Below, piece by piece: positions 16,206-29,602 of a stretch of 64,000 nt of DNA. The position numbers and the translations under genes are program-made. How positions within the stretch are numbered: position 1 is the first letter of the stretch; every line of letters starts with the position of its first letter. Under the pieces are notes generated by a model. It saw only the letters and a list, made by a program, of their open reading frames with translations, was not told the DNA's origin and did no database searches. Source of the stretch: Octopus vulgaris (lineage: Eukaryota); assembly GCA_951406725.2 (NCBI GenBank), contig OX597823.1, positions 2,294,001-2,358,000 of the forward strand, written 5' to 3'.

Positions 16206-16666
16206 TGTTGGCTGGCAAATGAAATACGGATAAGAACGTGCATTGTCCGTTTAATTGGAAAATTCTATACGTGGCTGATGATTGCTCGACATTTTAAAAC
16301 TTATTTAATACTTACAGTGTTTAATAAAATGAAGTAGCACGTACTACACTACCTCGGATATCCTTGTTGCTTATTTTGATTATAATCACCCCATTTAATT
16401 TATATGGATTATACCATACCAAATTCTGGTGCCTTTAACTTAAGTACAATATTCATCTGAATGTAAATTTTGCTGAACTTATATATATATATATGGAGTG
16501 GCTGTGTGGTAAGTAGCTTGCTTACCAACCACATGGTTCCGGGTTCAATCCCACTGCGTGGCATCTTGGGCAAATGTCTTCTGCTATAGCCCCGGATCGA
16601 CCAATGCCTTGTGAGTGGATTTGGTAGACGGAAACTGAAAGAAGCCTGTCGTATATATGAATATAT

Positions 16667-16702
<36 letters not shown>

Positions 16703-16918
16703 ATATGTTCGTGTGTCTGTGTTTGTCCCCCTAGCATTGCTTAGCAACCGATGCTGGTGTGTTTACGTCTCCGTCACTTAGCGGTTCGGCAAAAGAGATC
16801 GATAGAATAAGTACTGGGCTTACAAAAGAATAAGTCCCGGGGTCGAGTCGCTCGACTAAAGGCGGTGCTCCAGCATGGCCGCAGTCAAATGACTGAAACA
16901 AGTAAAAGAGAATAAAAG

Positions 16919-16989
<71 letters not shown>

Positions 16990-17639
16990 TGTATATCTTT
17001 TATTTTTTACTTGTTTCAATCACTTTTAAACTGCGGCCACGTTGGAGCACCGCCTTGAAGGGTTCGACTTCTGAAAATTAGAGAAATCCGCGAAAAATGT
17101 TTAAATAAAACATCAAAAGTTGAATTTGATAAACAGAAACTGAAGCCCGCCGTGTATGTGTGTGTTTGTTCCCTCTCCCACTGCTTGACAACCGGTGTTG
17201 GTGTGTTTACGTCCCTGTAACTTAGCGGTTCAACAAAAATAACCGATAGAATAAGTACCAAGTTTAAAAAGAAAAATACGTACTGGGGTCGATTCCTTCG
17301 ACTAAAATTCTTGAAGGCGGTGCCCCAGCTTGGCCGCTGTCTAATGACTGAAACAAGTAAAGGATATATATGACAAGATTCTTTCAGTTTCCGTCTACCA
17401 AATCCACTCACAAAGTTTTGGTTGAGGTTATAGCAGAAGACAGCAGGCCAAGATGTCACACAGCAGGCCTGAACCCAGAACCATGGGGCTGCGAAGCAAA
17501 CTTCTTACCACGTTGCCTACATATAAATATGCACGTGCGTGGACGTGTCTAATTATCTTCCGATTTGCACTGCACATTCGTAGCGCGATTCGCAGCACAA
17601 ATCGAAAATATGCGGAATATTCATTAAAATAAAATCTGG

Positions 17640-18051
17640 GATCTTTTCGGTTTGAACGGCAGTTTTTAAAAATAATTTCCACGTAACTAAACACTTTTAA
17701 ACTTCGTATACTGGTAAAATGTGCTTATAAAACATCATTTTCTCTTGGCTTTATTGAGAAAATTCTACAGTTTCAAAGATATTTGTTGTTGTTTTTTTCT
17801 TCAATTTCTGCAATTTCAACCAATCAATGACGTCTATTGAGGTGAAAACATTCTGTTCCGTATGAATATGTCCCTCGTTTAAGAAACAGATTGGATTTAT
17901 TTACATTTCTGAAGAAAAAAAGATACCCTTCCCCCCACCCCTAACCCTAAAACAGATTGAAATGCAATATATCGATACTAGGGTCATAATTATGGGTGAC
18001 AATTTCATATGACACCACTAGAAAAAACTGCTGTTCAAACCGAAAAGACAC
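17640..18051. mobile_element. MITE with ~26-bp TIRs and a probable 9-bp TSD (Mutator-like)
   Basis: TCTTTTCGGTTTGAACGGCAGTTTTT / AAAAACTGCTGTTCAAACCGAAAAGA (1 mismatch). Flanks are AAAATCTGG and AGAATCTGG. Confidence 0.75.
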
Positions 18052-18121
18052 AGAATCTGGATAACACACACGTATAAACTTAAGAATTACTATATACTTC
18101 GCCTAAGGTGGTGCAAAGAAA

Positions 18122-18181
18122 ATTATCGGATGAGACCGGGTATATTATCGGATGAGACCGGGTATATTTTAGCCGGAAGTG
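18122..18181 (+). promoter_or_regulatory. Candidate FAAP100 proximal promoter: 22-bp tandem duplication and ETS/GABP-type CCGGAAGT motif
   Basis: ATTATCGGATGAGACCGGGTAT occurs twice (18122-18165). CCGGAAGT lies at 18173-18180, about 95 bp before the ATG. Confidence 0.45.
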
Positions 18182-18272
18182 CTTGCTTTCTTTCCGTTTC
18201 CTTTTCCTGTTTTGGTGGGAACATTAAAACACCGAAATACGTGAGACTTAATTGTTTTAGCGAAAGTTAGTA

Positions 18273-18362
18273 ATGAAAACACTGAAGTTACCCGACAGGC
18301 AAATAACTGTGCTTTTACATCAACAACAAAGGTTGTATGTTTATTCGGAAGACACACGTCAA
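18273..18362 (+). CDS. FAAP100: FAAP100 exon 1 (start codon; MKTLKLPDRQITVLLHQQQRLYVYSEDTRQ)
   Basis: ATG at 18273 with an in-frame TAG upstream (18258-18260). 30 codons are followed by a GTAAGT donor, phase 0, which fits exon 2. RLYVYSED resembles the vertebrate FAAP100 N-terminal LVYVYDQE from memory. Confidence 0.72.
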
Positions 18363-18579
18363 GTAAGTATAAATTGATTTTCACTTTTTCGTTACTCTTA
18401 CACACAAACGTAAATATCTGTTTCTTTATTAGCCACAAGGGTCTAAACACAGAGGGGACAGACAAGGACAGACAAAGGGATTAACTCAATTATATCGACC
18501 CCAGTGCGTAACTGGTACTTAATTCATCGACCCCGAAAGGATGAAAGGCAAAGTCGACCTCGGCGGAGTTACACACATA

Positions 18580-18622
<43 letters not shown>

Positions 18623-21299
18623 TGAACTGTTACTTTCTCAAATGCAGCACGAAGCTTTGTCAGTGAAGAGGTCGCGGTCTGAAAGCGACGGAAATATTTT
18701 GACAAATTAAATTTAAATGTTGAAGTGAATCCAAAGGTTTTTGTGTGTTTCTGAAATAAACACCTTCCAAGCTGCAATTGTCACTTGTTTTGTTTTCACG
18801 AAGCTTTAGACATGTCAGAAAAACGGTTTAATTTCTAATGCTTTCATTATTATCTGTTATTGTGTTTGAGTTTATTTTTACCGGGAAATCGCACGTTTTT
18901 CCCGGTTTTCTGACTTTTTTCTTTCTTTTTTTAAACTTTGTAACTCAACACTTTTAAGATTTAGACTTTGAAGACGAAACTAAGTAAATACGGGAAACTG
19001 AGTTTCAAATGCTGTAATGTCTTCCGAAATATTTGTATCGTAGTGCATGAATTGTTTTAAAAAATACCAATTTTCATACAAAATCTTGAGTTAAACGACA
19101 AAATATGTTTTAATCCGTTTTTTTTTTTGTTCAGATTTCTGGCTTCCGAAGTAAGGGAGATCACTGGTATTGGTTCAGTGATATTTTAGTAGAGTGACCT
19201 CCCCTGGCTTGTCCCCTGAACTGGTTTTCTTCAAGGCGGCAAGCTGGCAGAAACGTTAGCACGCCGGGCGAAATGCTTAGCAGTATTTCGTCTGCCGCTA
19301 CGTTCTGAGTTCAAATTCCGCCGAGGTCGACTTTGCCTTTCATTCTTTCGGCGGTCTGTGTTTAGCCCTTTGTGGGTAATAAAAGAAATAGGTTTTCTTA
19401 ACGTCAATCGGTGGAGCATAGAACAAACTTTTGCGGTATTTGTCCCAGCCCTACATTTTCAGTTCTAACCCCGCCGAGTGCAGCTTTGCCTTTCAACCTT
19501 ACGCAGTCGAAATACTGCAGACACAACAAAAACTGGGATCAATGATTTCGTTTAATCCCACCCTCCAATTTTCTAATTTAATTTTGTAAAACTAATGAGC
19601 ATTATCGAAATAAAAGACATTTTCATTTCCACCCCCCACTTCCCTCTAAATCAGAAAACATGACAAGACTTCCGCCCGTCCCCCACAAACCACACTTTTT
19701 TTCGACCCCCCCCCCCTTTTGTGGGTTACGGGAAATACGAATCTGCTAATAAATTGACAAAAATCGACATTTTTAAATTACCACCCCACCTTCATTTTTT
19801 ACTTTTTCAGGGATTTTTTTCCCGTAAATGTGCGGAAAAATACGGAGATTATGAATCTGAAGAAAAATTCCAAAAATCTTTGTAAAAAAATTTTTTAAGT
19901 ATTTTTTTTTTTTTTTTTGTTATACTAAACATGCAGAAAAATACAGACCGGGACCTTCATATTCGAAAACGGGAGTTTTGGGCCAAAAAATTATTTTTTT
20001 TAACAAACAAATTTGGGAGAAAATTGTGGGGGGTGGGCAGAAGTCTTTCCGAAAGCATTATTTGTATTCAGTGTATGTTAATTTTATAGTTTGTGTTTAT
20101 ATGGCATTTTTGTTTATTCTAAATGTGATATTATTCGCCAAGAAATTCGTTGGATATATTCTAAATGTGTTCAATTCTAGGGGAAACGGCAATGTAGTAA
20201 AATGCTTTCTCTCTCTCCAAAGGACTTCTCTCATCCATGCAACACCAACTTGCTCAGATTTGATTTTAACAGAATTCTACAAAAACCCTTCAGTTTTGAA
20301 AATGAGGCGCTTTTCTAGGATTCTTGGAATTAGCATGAAGGGCGGAATTTTGCTTCAATCATCTCTTGTACCCCTTCATAATTTTTCTTATTTTTGGGAA
20401 TTTTCAAAAAATTTTTGCGATTTTGTGTTCTACACACGAGAATTCATACGATTATGAAAAAAAAAAAAATTTTAACCTCACCCCCTCCCATAAATAAATC
20501 CTAAATATTCCACTCTTTTTGGAATGTTTTTCTTTTAATCAATTTAAAATACAGAGAGTTCAAACTTTTTGCTTAAATACAAGCAAAAGACCATTAAATG
20601 TGTTTATGGAGGGAAAAATATTGAGAAACATCAATACATATCAGTGGCAAAGAAGCAAGGAAGGTATCAGGTGGTCGTGAGGTGTGCTAAAAACAACAGC
20701 TAAATCAGACTTAAATCACACGAAAAATAAGTGATTGATTTCTGCATAATCGTGTTAATTACCATGTGTAAGAACATGAATTTGCTAACATTTTCTGAAA
20801 ATTAAAAAAAAAAATTGTTTTTGACAGCTATGAGGGATGCTTAAACCAAAAGTCTTCTCATGAAGGAACTACTAAACCAAAGGAGTCAGTCTTAGAACAA
20901 TTTAATGCATTGATTAGAGACAGAGAAAGACTTAAATAAACAGTAAAGCTTAGTATGATATGTCTAAGGTATGTACAGAGGTGTATTCAACCACCCTGTA
21001 TTTCTCTACAAATTTGAGGTTTTATTTCAATCTAAGGAATTGTTTATTGAACCACATTTATTCCAGTTTAGTCTGTAACCATATTTGGTCAATTTGACAA
21101 ACTGAAATTTCTCTCTAATCCCGCCACATTCATCATCATTGGACAGTTTGAGTGGGAGCAGTAGGCAAAGGGCTGTGCCAGGCCCCAGTCTCATTTGACT
21201 TGGTTTCTACAGCTCGATGCCCTTCTTAACCCTAACCACTCCAAGAGTGTAATGGGTGTCTTTTACATGTCACTGGCATGGGCCACAATTCAATTTTAC

Positions 21300-23010
21300 T
21301 TGGTTTCACATATCGTCTCAAGCACAGCCATTCACCAAAGGTCTTAGTCCCTTGTCATCACCTCCAAGAGACCAAACATCTGAAAATCATGCTTCACCAC
21401 CTCATCCCACGTCTTCCTGTGTCTACCGCTTCCACAGGCTCCCGCTACAGTTAAAGATCAGTACTTCTTCACACAGCCGTCTTCATCCATATGCATCACA
21501 TGACTATACCAGTGCAGTCTTCTCTCTTGCGCACCACATCTGATGCCTCTTATGTCCAATTTTTTTCTCAAGATGCTTATACTCTGCTGTTTGTGCACAC
21601 TGACATTGCACATCCAGCAAAGCATGCTAGCTTCATTTCTTCGAAGCCTTTGCATGTCCTCTGCAATCACAGCCCATCTTTCTCTGTGATGTAGCATGGC
21701 TGTTCACACACAGGCATCGTACATCTGCCCTTCACTCTGAGGGAGAGGCCTTTTCTTATCAACAAAGGTAGAAACTCTCTAAACTTTACCCAGCCTCTTC
21801 TTATTCTAACAGCTCCGCTCTCAGAGTATCCTCCTCCACTGCTGACCTGACTTGGTCACCTAGGTAATGGAAGCTATCAACTACTTCTAATTTTTTTTCC
21901 CTGGCATTTGATGGAATCTATTTTCTGTACATTTTTAGTGTTTGTTGTCCCCATGCACCTACCACACACAAAAGCCATTTTCCCAGTTAACCTTCCTCTG
22001 ATACTGCTGCACCTCTTATGGAGTTTCTATCTACACCTTTTCTACATATTAGGCAGGGCCATCTCCCTGAAGGAATTTGTCTGCTTTCCTACTTACTAAA
22101 ACTTTGATCTTTGCTAAGGCCTTTCGATTTCAGACCTTTCACATCTTAAATTTCTTCTCTAGTTCTGATAGTGATTCGTCTATAAGAACAAGGTCATCAG
22201 CATACAATTCTTCTGTTATTGCCTTGGGGACTATGATAAACGAGGGTGCTGAGGACCAATCCTTGGTGAACTCCTACTTGTACACTGAATCCATTACTCA
22301 TTGCCAACCCTTCTTAACTCTAGTCTGAAGTCACTGACGCCTAATCTATGCTGTGGACTACATTCTTCACTAGGGAAGATCTTCGCATTCATGAGCAACC
22401 ATGAGTGTGACTTTCTGGTGAGAATGTAATTGATATGGCTTGCATGATCATCCAATTTATAAGTTATCTAGTAACAGGTTGGTTTCTTGAAGTTGATGCT
22501 GCAGATCATTTGGTTATTTGCATCACAGAACTCCAGTAGCCTTATTCTCTCCTCATTTTGGGAACCAATTCCATGGCCCCCATGTTGCACCATGGAAGAT
22601 ACCTGGCTGTTGCCCAACATTCCATTGAAATCACCAGCCATGAAGGTAAGGTCACTGTAATTCGTCTTTGAGCCAGACATGTCATAGAAGTGGTCCTTTC
22701 GTTCGTTTGGCAGACCCAGTTGGTGGCGGGGCAAAGATGGTTGTTGCTGTGCTACTCTGCAAAATTAGTCTAAGCTTTACTCTTTCGCATACTCTGACTA
22801 CCTCAATCACCTTACTGGCCCATTTCTCTGCTAGAAGTATGTTCACACCTCCTTCCCTATCACTATTGCCCTCCCAGAAGAATTTATACCTATGAGGAAC
22901 CTGACTGTAGCTTTGCCCACCTTACTTCTTGGATGCAACACTCATCTCAACAAGCATCTCAACAATCTCACCAGACATACCTTCCAATGTACCTACATTG
23001 ACAGTGCCAG
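21300..23010 (-). mobile_element. Decayed RTE-clade LINE in FAAP100 intron 1
   Basis: APE remnants (GTVNVGTLEG, MAGDFNG, RLLEFCDAN) and an RT C-terminus (ERRLHWYSHVMHMDED). Confidence 0.8.
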
Positions 23011-23833
23011 CCCTGAAGGAATGTAAGGGGAGGATGGAGGTGTCATGGGGAGGGAGACCAGCAGCTTTGGGCATCTGAAGAGAAGGTTCTAATGAGCATT
23101 TGCCAATGGACATGTCCTCACATTTAATCTCCCATCATACTTTCCCCCTCCACTGGAAGTGAGTGTTATTACAAGCAAAGAGGAAATAGCTATCATCATC
23201 ATCATCATCATCTGTTTTCCACACTGGCATGGGTTGGATGGTTCGACTGGGGTCTGGGAAACCAGGAGGGCGCACCTGGTAGTGTTTCTACAGCTGGATG
23301 CCCTTCCCAACACCAACCACTCTGAAAGTGTAGTGGGTGCTTTTTACATGCCACCGGCATAGGGGCCAGAGGGGGCTGGCATCGACCATGATCGGATTGT
23401 GCTTTTCACGTTCCACCAGCACAGGCGCTGGCATCCTGGTTAATTATTGTCACCTCTACTGGAGGTGGGTGTTGTATGCTAGCATTAGTACAAGCAATGC
23501 TACAACGTATAGATAAATAAAATAAGGTTAATTAATTTGTTATATATAGTTAATTGACTGATTAATTAACTAAGCAATAATACTAAGTATGACTGCAGAG
23601 CCATAACAGTAACAGAGAGTGGTGGAGGGGGGCAGTTTTACACGGAGACAAAAGGAGGAGAGAAGGAGCAAATAATAAATTCAATGAAGACTGGTTAGAG
23701 TGAGCCGGGTGCAATGCTGGGTGGATTGAAAGGAGGAAACAACAAACTAATTTATTAATCTTAAGAATTTCTTTTGTACTTCCTAATAAAAATATGATTT
23801 ATTGTATCTCTCTCTTGTTTCATTCTTTTAAAG

Positions 23834-23964
23834 CACATATTTTCGTTTGTCGAAACTGTTTCCGATTTTACCCTTGAAGCTGCTCCCAATTGCTGCCACT
23901 GGCTTTTATGGGTTGTCTCAATCTCGGGTCACCTCTACAGAATCTTTGAACAAACCATTTCCAA
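23834..23964 (+). CDS. FAAP100: FAAP100 exon 2 (HIFSFVETVSDFTLEAAPNCCHWLLWVVSISGHLYRIFEQTIS)
   Basis: Pyrimidine tract plus AAG acceptor, open frame and GTAAGT donor. The phase 2 end joins exon 3 in frame. Resembles the FAAP100 segment FRFPDQVWHL...LLYALC...GLYCL. Confidence 0.78.
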
Positions 23965-24257
23965 GTAAGTTCTTGTCTTTTACATAGTCTTAGGTCAGCC
24001 CTTACTCTACACTCCTGTGACTGGATTCTAGTCATAGCCATCCCATCGGTTTTTGCCCATAGTGTATCTAAGACTATAATTCCTAATGTATTCTTCATTT
24101 ATTTAAGATGGTAGGGTGTGGTATGAGCAAGATTTGGTTGCTGTTTCTAGCATGTCCAGTCTCAACAGAATAAGATCTTGCTCACGGTAAAATAACTAAA
24201 GACAACTTTATAAACAGGAAATCTGATAACAAACCAAATACAGACTTTACAAAAAAA

Positions 24258-24610
24258 TCATCATCGTCGTCGTTTAACGTCTGCTTTCCATGCTGGCATG
24301 GGTTGGACGGTTTCACTGAGGACTGGAGAGCCAGAAGGCTGCACCAGGCTCCAATCTGATCTGGCAATATTTCTGCAGCTGGAGGGCCTTCCTAACACCA
24401 ACCACTCTGAGAGTTTAGTGGGTGCTTTTTATGTGCCACTGGCACGGGAGCCAGTCAGGCGGCACTGGCATCAGCCACATTCGGATGGTGCTTTTTACAT
24501 GCCACCAGCATGGGGAGCCAGTCAGGCAGTTCTGGCAGCAACCCACACGTGAATGAATGGTGCTTCTCGTGTGCAACCAGCTCTGGTAACAGCCACAACT
24601 ACAATTTCCA
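24258..24610 (-). mobile_element. RTE-tailed short repeat ending in (GAT)n; copies at ~23190-23440, ~26286-26700, ~29150-29420, ~39926-40170, ~44280-44500, ~56500-56950, ~59460-59890, ~60640-60855, ~61627-61900
   Basis: Shared GGTTGGCGTTAGGAAGGGCATCCAGCTGTAG...CCATGCTAGCATGGAAAGCGGACGTTAAACGATGATG with internal ~45-bp tandem units; both orientations occur. Confidence 0.85.
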
Positions 24611-24759
24611 TTTGATTGTGATGAAAATTCTGTAAAATAATAAATTTAACGATTCAAACACCCTCACCCCCACCAACCTCATAAATTAAATATGGAAAAG
24701 ATAAATTAATAACATTTTTCTTCTCAAATTGATTTCATTTTTCTTCTGTTTTGTAAAAG

Positions 24760-25733
24760 GTCCGTTGCAGAAACGTCTGCAGTTGAAGAAGCAAATGAGT
24801 CCATTTTTGATGCTTTGTTACCAAAACCTTCAAACTTCAACTTCCAACAAAATACAGAACCAACTTCCTTTATTCGGCCACAGGATTCCCTTTTACAACT
24901 GCTTCCTGATTCCACTGCTTTGTGTGTTTTCATTGATCTCATTATTGTCTCTTCCATTACTAAAGATATGTGCACTGTAAATGTCTACCAAAAAGAAGAT
25001 CTAGCCTCCGCTTCTCAAAGACAGGCCCCTGCTGCTCCCATTGTGCCCTGCCTAACTAAATCTATCCCTCTACAGATTTATGACAGTCAGTCGTGTGACA
25101 AACACATGAATCTTTATCTAGTCACCTCTTCTTCCAGTTCTTCAGTTCCCTCCTCTCAAACCATCCAACTTCCATTGTTAGTCTTCACTTCCTTATTTGG
25201 TGCTGAAGCTAGTCTCTTACATTCAGCTGTGATATTACTAACCATGCCTTCTGGGTTTGTTTACCATTTTTCTCTTAAACAGTGGAAGCCCCAACAAAAT
25301 TCCATGGGTTGCCCCTTGTCTGTCCTTTGTAACCTCAATGCTCCCATCATCAAAGTATGTCTTATTTATCTCCAGAGACAATCTACTAGTGACCTGCCAA
25401 CTGAAACAATGCCTAATTCCCAATCGCCTGCAGCACCAACAAGTGTCGCTCAGAATCTTCCGTGCCTTCTCCTGGCTGCTCAAAATGGCAAATGTTTTCT
25501 ATTTTCTCCACCAAGTAACTTCAAAAATCGGCTCAAAGTTCTTGAGACAATTCATTTAGAAGACTCTCCAATATCAGATTGTTGTCTGGGAGTTGAACCC
25601 TATCAATTAGTTTATGCTACTAGGAAAAAGGTCATCCAACTTGACCTTAATTATAACGAAGGAATCAGCCAAACCACCAAACACGTTGCATCCTTGTCTG
25701 CCATTTCTACCTTAGCAGTTCTTCAGCTAAAAG
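24760..25733 (+). CDS. FAAP100: FAAP100 exon 3 (beta-propeller-like region)
   Basis: Lies in the frame of ORF 24815-25795. LFGAEASLLHSAVILLTMPSG matches the FAAP100 hallmark LFGADATLLQSPVVLCGLPDG. AG acceptor at 24758-59; GTGAG donor at 25734, phase 1. Confidence 0.9.
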
Positions 25734-27877
25734 GTGAGCTTTTATCTTTGTTATTTATCTCTCTTTGGTTGTTTTATTCTTCGTTTTTGGTGTGATTTAG
25801 GGAAGGCAAGAGATGAGGGATCTAATCTCATTGGTTCCGGCAACCGTTTTAATATTTTTTTAAAATCTTGTTTCAGTCTTTAGACTGCGGCCATGCCCCA
25901 CCCTGAAGAATTTTAGTCAAAAGGATCAACTCCAGTACTTAGTTTTTTTATGCCCAATAATTCCATTTGTCTCCTTTGCCAAACCACTAAGTTACAGAGA
26001 CGTAAACACATCAGCACAGGTTAAGTGGTGATGGAATACACATATATAATGGGCTTCTTTCAGTTTTCTTCTACCAAATCCATGCACAAGGTTTTGGTTA
26101 ACTCACGGCTACAGTAGAATACACTTGCTCAAGATGCCATGCAGTGGGACTGAACTTGGAACCATATGATTGGGAAGTAAAACTGCTTACCACACGGCCA
26201 CCTCTTAACTCAAACGTGTTATTTCACTTGTTTGCTGTTGTTTTTGCTTTTAGTGCTCCAGATTTTTTTGTTGTTGTTTTCAGGTATCATCATCATCATC
26301 GTTTAACATCCGCTTTCCATGCTGGCATGGGTTGGACGGTTTGACTGAGGACTGGCGAGCCAGAAGACTGCACCAGGCTCCAAATTGATCTGGCAAAGTT
26401 TCTACAGTTGGATGCCTTTCCTAATGCCAACCACTCCAAGAGTGTAGTGGATACTTTTATGTGCCATGGCCCAAGGGCCAGTCAGGCGACACTGGCAACG
26501 ACCACACTCGAATGTTGTTTTTCACGTGCCACTGGCACATGTGCCAGTAAGGCGACGCTGGCAACGACCATGCTCGAATGGTGCTTTTTACGTGCCACTG
26601 GCACGGGAGCCAATCCATGTCCCTGGCACGGGTGCCAATCAGGCGTTAATGTCATCGGCCACGTCAGCGATTTTGATTTCACTTAGGTCTTCGCAAGCAA
26701 AGTTTATAGTCCAGTGAATGAGGGGTACTCATAAGGGGGCTGGTTGCACCCCACGCTTGGACGTGCTTTTCTTTATTCAGAATATTGTAGATAAATGAGA
26801 GGAAGCCTTTGTAAAGCCGTATCACATGGTAGAGAAGAGAAGTGGACCAATAACATGGTTTGGGGTGATGGTCATATACTCAGGCATAACCTGAAAAACT
26901 CTAAAGGAATTGAATTTTCCCTCAATGTTTGAAAATTTCAAAGGGGGGGGGAGATAATTTTTTTTTAAATTCACAAAACAATTTTTATGCTCGTAGTAGG
27001 TGTAGTATCCAACAGCGTGCGCGCAACGCCACTTCAGTTCGCGCGTGCGGGGTTTGGAGCCTTCTAGAAAGGCAGAGGGTAAGTGCCCTCTCACGCATGC
27101 GCGAAGACTGGAAGAAGGGAATGATGATGTGGCGTTCCCCTAAAAAGGGTACAGGCAGACGCATAGCAGCAGTGAGCAGAATGACTTGAGGCACAGCTAT
27201 CGAAGAGAAAGGACGTATTTTCATACGTGTGATCAACCTATTCTCCTGTCCCAGACGCTTGGGATTTAACCTATCTATTGCTGCTGAATTGTTGTAAGAA
27301 TGGATACCAGTATACCATCGTGTTTCCTTGTTGAATAAGAGAATAAAGAATGATATATATTTCTAAACTTGCTTTTCGTTCCTGACTGGTAGTTTCTGGA
27401 AACAAAAAGAAAGGAAATTGAGTTGCACCCAAGTTGCACCCCAAAAGTGCAAAGAAGCAACCAGTGACCTTTTACATAGGGAATCTAATCCTTGGCAGCA
27501 AGCAAGGGAGTTAATTAGAGACATGTTTTATTAGACCTCTTAGTCATCTAAAATCTGCCCAATCTGTAAACAGAGATTTCTACAAGAATCCTAAAAACAA
27601 TTCTGGACAATAATTTGCATAATTACAAAAAAGGGAGTTAAAGGAAATAAGTGGCACATACCTATCCCATGAATTTAGAGAATTCACTTCAGTTTTCTTG
27701 CCAGTTGTTAACAATTTCATCATTGCTTTAGACTTCTTTTCCATACTTACCTCTAACTAACCCTCACCTCCCTCCTCACAGCATTGTAACTTCTACCACC
27801 CATCATCATCATCATCATCATCATTCTATTTGATTTAATATTTTGAAACTGTCACATTTTTTTTTTTCATTCTCCAG

Positions 27878-28756
27878 ATGACCACAAATTGTTGTGTCTA
27901 TCCAACCATGGCCAGTCCTATAGCCTGTCTGTATCCAAAGAGGGATTCAACATGAACGCAAAACTCAAACAAGAAGAAAACTCTGTTTCCCAGCTGCTTT
28001 CTCAAGTGGAAAATGTCAATAAGAATATTAAAAGAGCTTCAGAGATTCTGGAAGCTCAATCCCATGTAATTTCTCAGTTAGTAACTGGCACTCACCTGAC
28101 ACGGGACCAGTTTGTGTCCAGCAATGTCCAGTGTAAACTGACCGTCTTTAAAGACATCTACGGACAGACAATCCTCCGATGTGCTGTCACTAACAGAAAA
28201 CTGACCTTCACACCTGACTGGTCGTTTCTCATGGAAGCTGTTCCATCTCGAAAATACCAAAAAAATAATCATACGACTTGCCAGACATTAGTTAAAACCT
28301 TATCTCTTGCCAATGGTTTAAGACCTGAAGAATCTGCTCTGATTGACATTATTCTAAACATCATGGCACCATCAGATACAAGAATTCATGTTTCTGTTTG
28401 GCTTGTCTTTAACTTACCATTTTGTAAATTTTATCTAGATTCTCCAAATGACATTTCTAGATATTTAGAAACCCAGCTCTCGAAGGGAATGGCTATTCCT
28501 GTCTTTAAAGGAAACACTGATTTCTTATCATTTGTTTTACCTTTGGAAAGGAAAGAATCCAAAATCCATTCTATTTCAAGTGTTAAATCTCCTTCTTTAA
28601 CTAAAAAAGTACAAAAAATTGCCTGTGACAAACCCATATATGCAACTTTCTCTGACCCCCAAAAGGACCTTGTTCTGGAATCGGAACAGTTGTTCACTCA
28701 TGCAATTGATATTCCTGCTTCTCTTAAGAATTCCTTTTTTGACCACACCTGTACAG
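27878..28756 (+). CDS. FAAP100: FAAP100 exon 4 (coiled-coil and beta-sandwich region)
   Basis: Lies in the frame of ORF 27889-28845. KLLCLSNHG ~ KLLALSAKG, and GMAIPVFKGNTDFLSFV ~ GVCLPLSRHTVDMLQCL. Poly-T/CAG acceptor and GTAAA donor; phase 1-1. Confidence 0.9.
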
Positions 28757-29567
28757 GTAAACATTTAGATTCCAATTTATTTACCTGTTTTCTTTTTTAC
28801 ATGATTTATCCTTTGTCTCTCCCCCCCCCCATCCTTCCTGTTTAGCAGATACAGTTTATATTCTGAACCTTTAGACATTTCACATTGGCCATGTTTTTGC
28901 CCCTCACACATTATGGAACCAGTTCCATTTCTGCTGTATTCTGTGTTGCCTCTAACATTGGTTCCGGTTCTATGAAGGAACTTCCTTTTCGTAGTTATAA
29001 CATTTTGTCCTTCCGCTATCTTTGGACTGTTTAATCTCCAAATCACCATTGTGCTAATCCATCAGATACATAGAAAATATCAAATTGAATAAATTTTATT
29101 TACTTCTAAAAAATTTTACTAAATTAAAAAAAACAAAAACATTCGAGTAAGATCATTGCCAGTGGCGCTGGACTGGCTCCTGTGCAGGTGGCACATAAAA
29201 AGCACCATTTGAGTGTGGCTGTTGCTAGTACCACCAGACTGGCCCTCGTGCTGGTGGCACATAAAAGCACCCACTACATTCTCGGAGTGGTTGGCGTTAG
29301 GAAGGGCATCCAGCTGTAGAAACCCTGCCAGATCAGATTGGAGTCTGGTTCACCAGACCTCAGTCAAATCGTCCAACCCATGCCAGCATGGAAAGCGGAC
29401 GTTAAACGATGATGATGATGACTTTATTTTTTAGTTTATTTCTTGAAGGCAAAGAATTTTTTTTTTAGATTTGTTTAAAATGCTGCACAGAAATTCACAT
29501 CACAAACACTTCTTTTAGTTGTGTGCCTGTCTATATCTCCATCCATCCATATATATATGTAAATATG

Positions 29568-29602
<35 letters not shown>

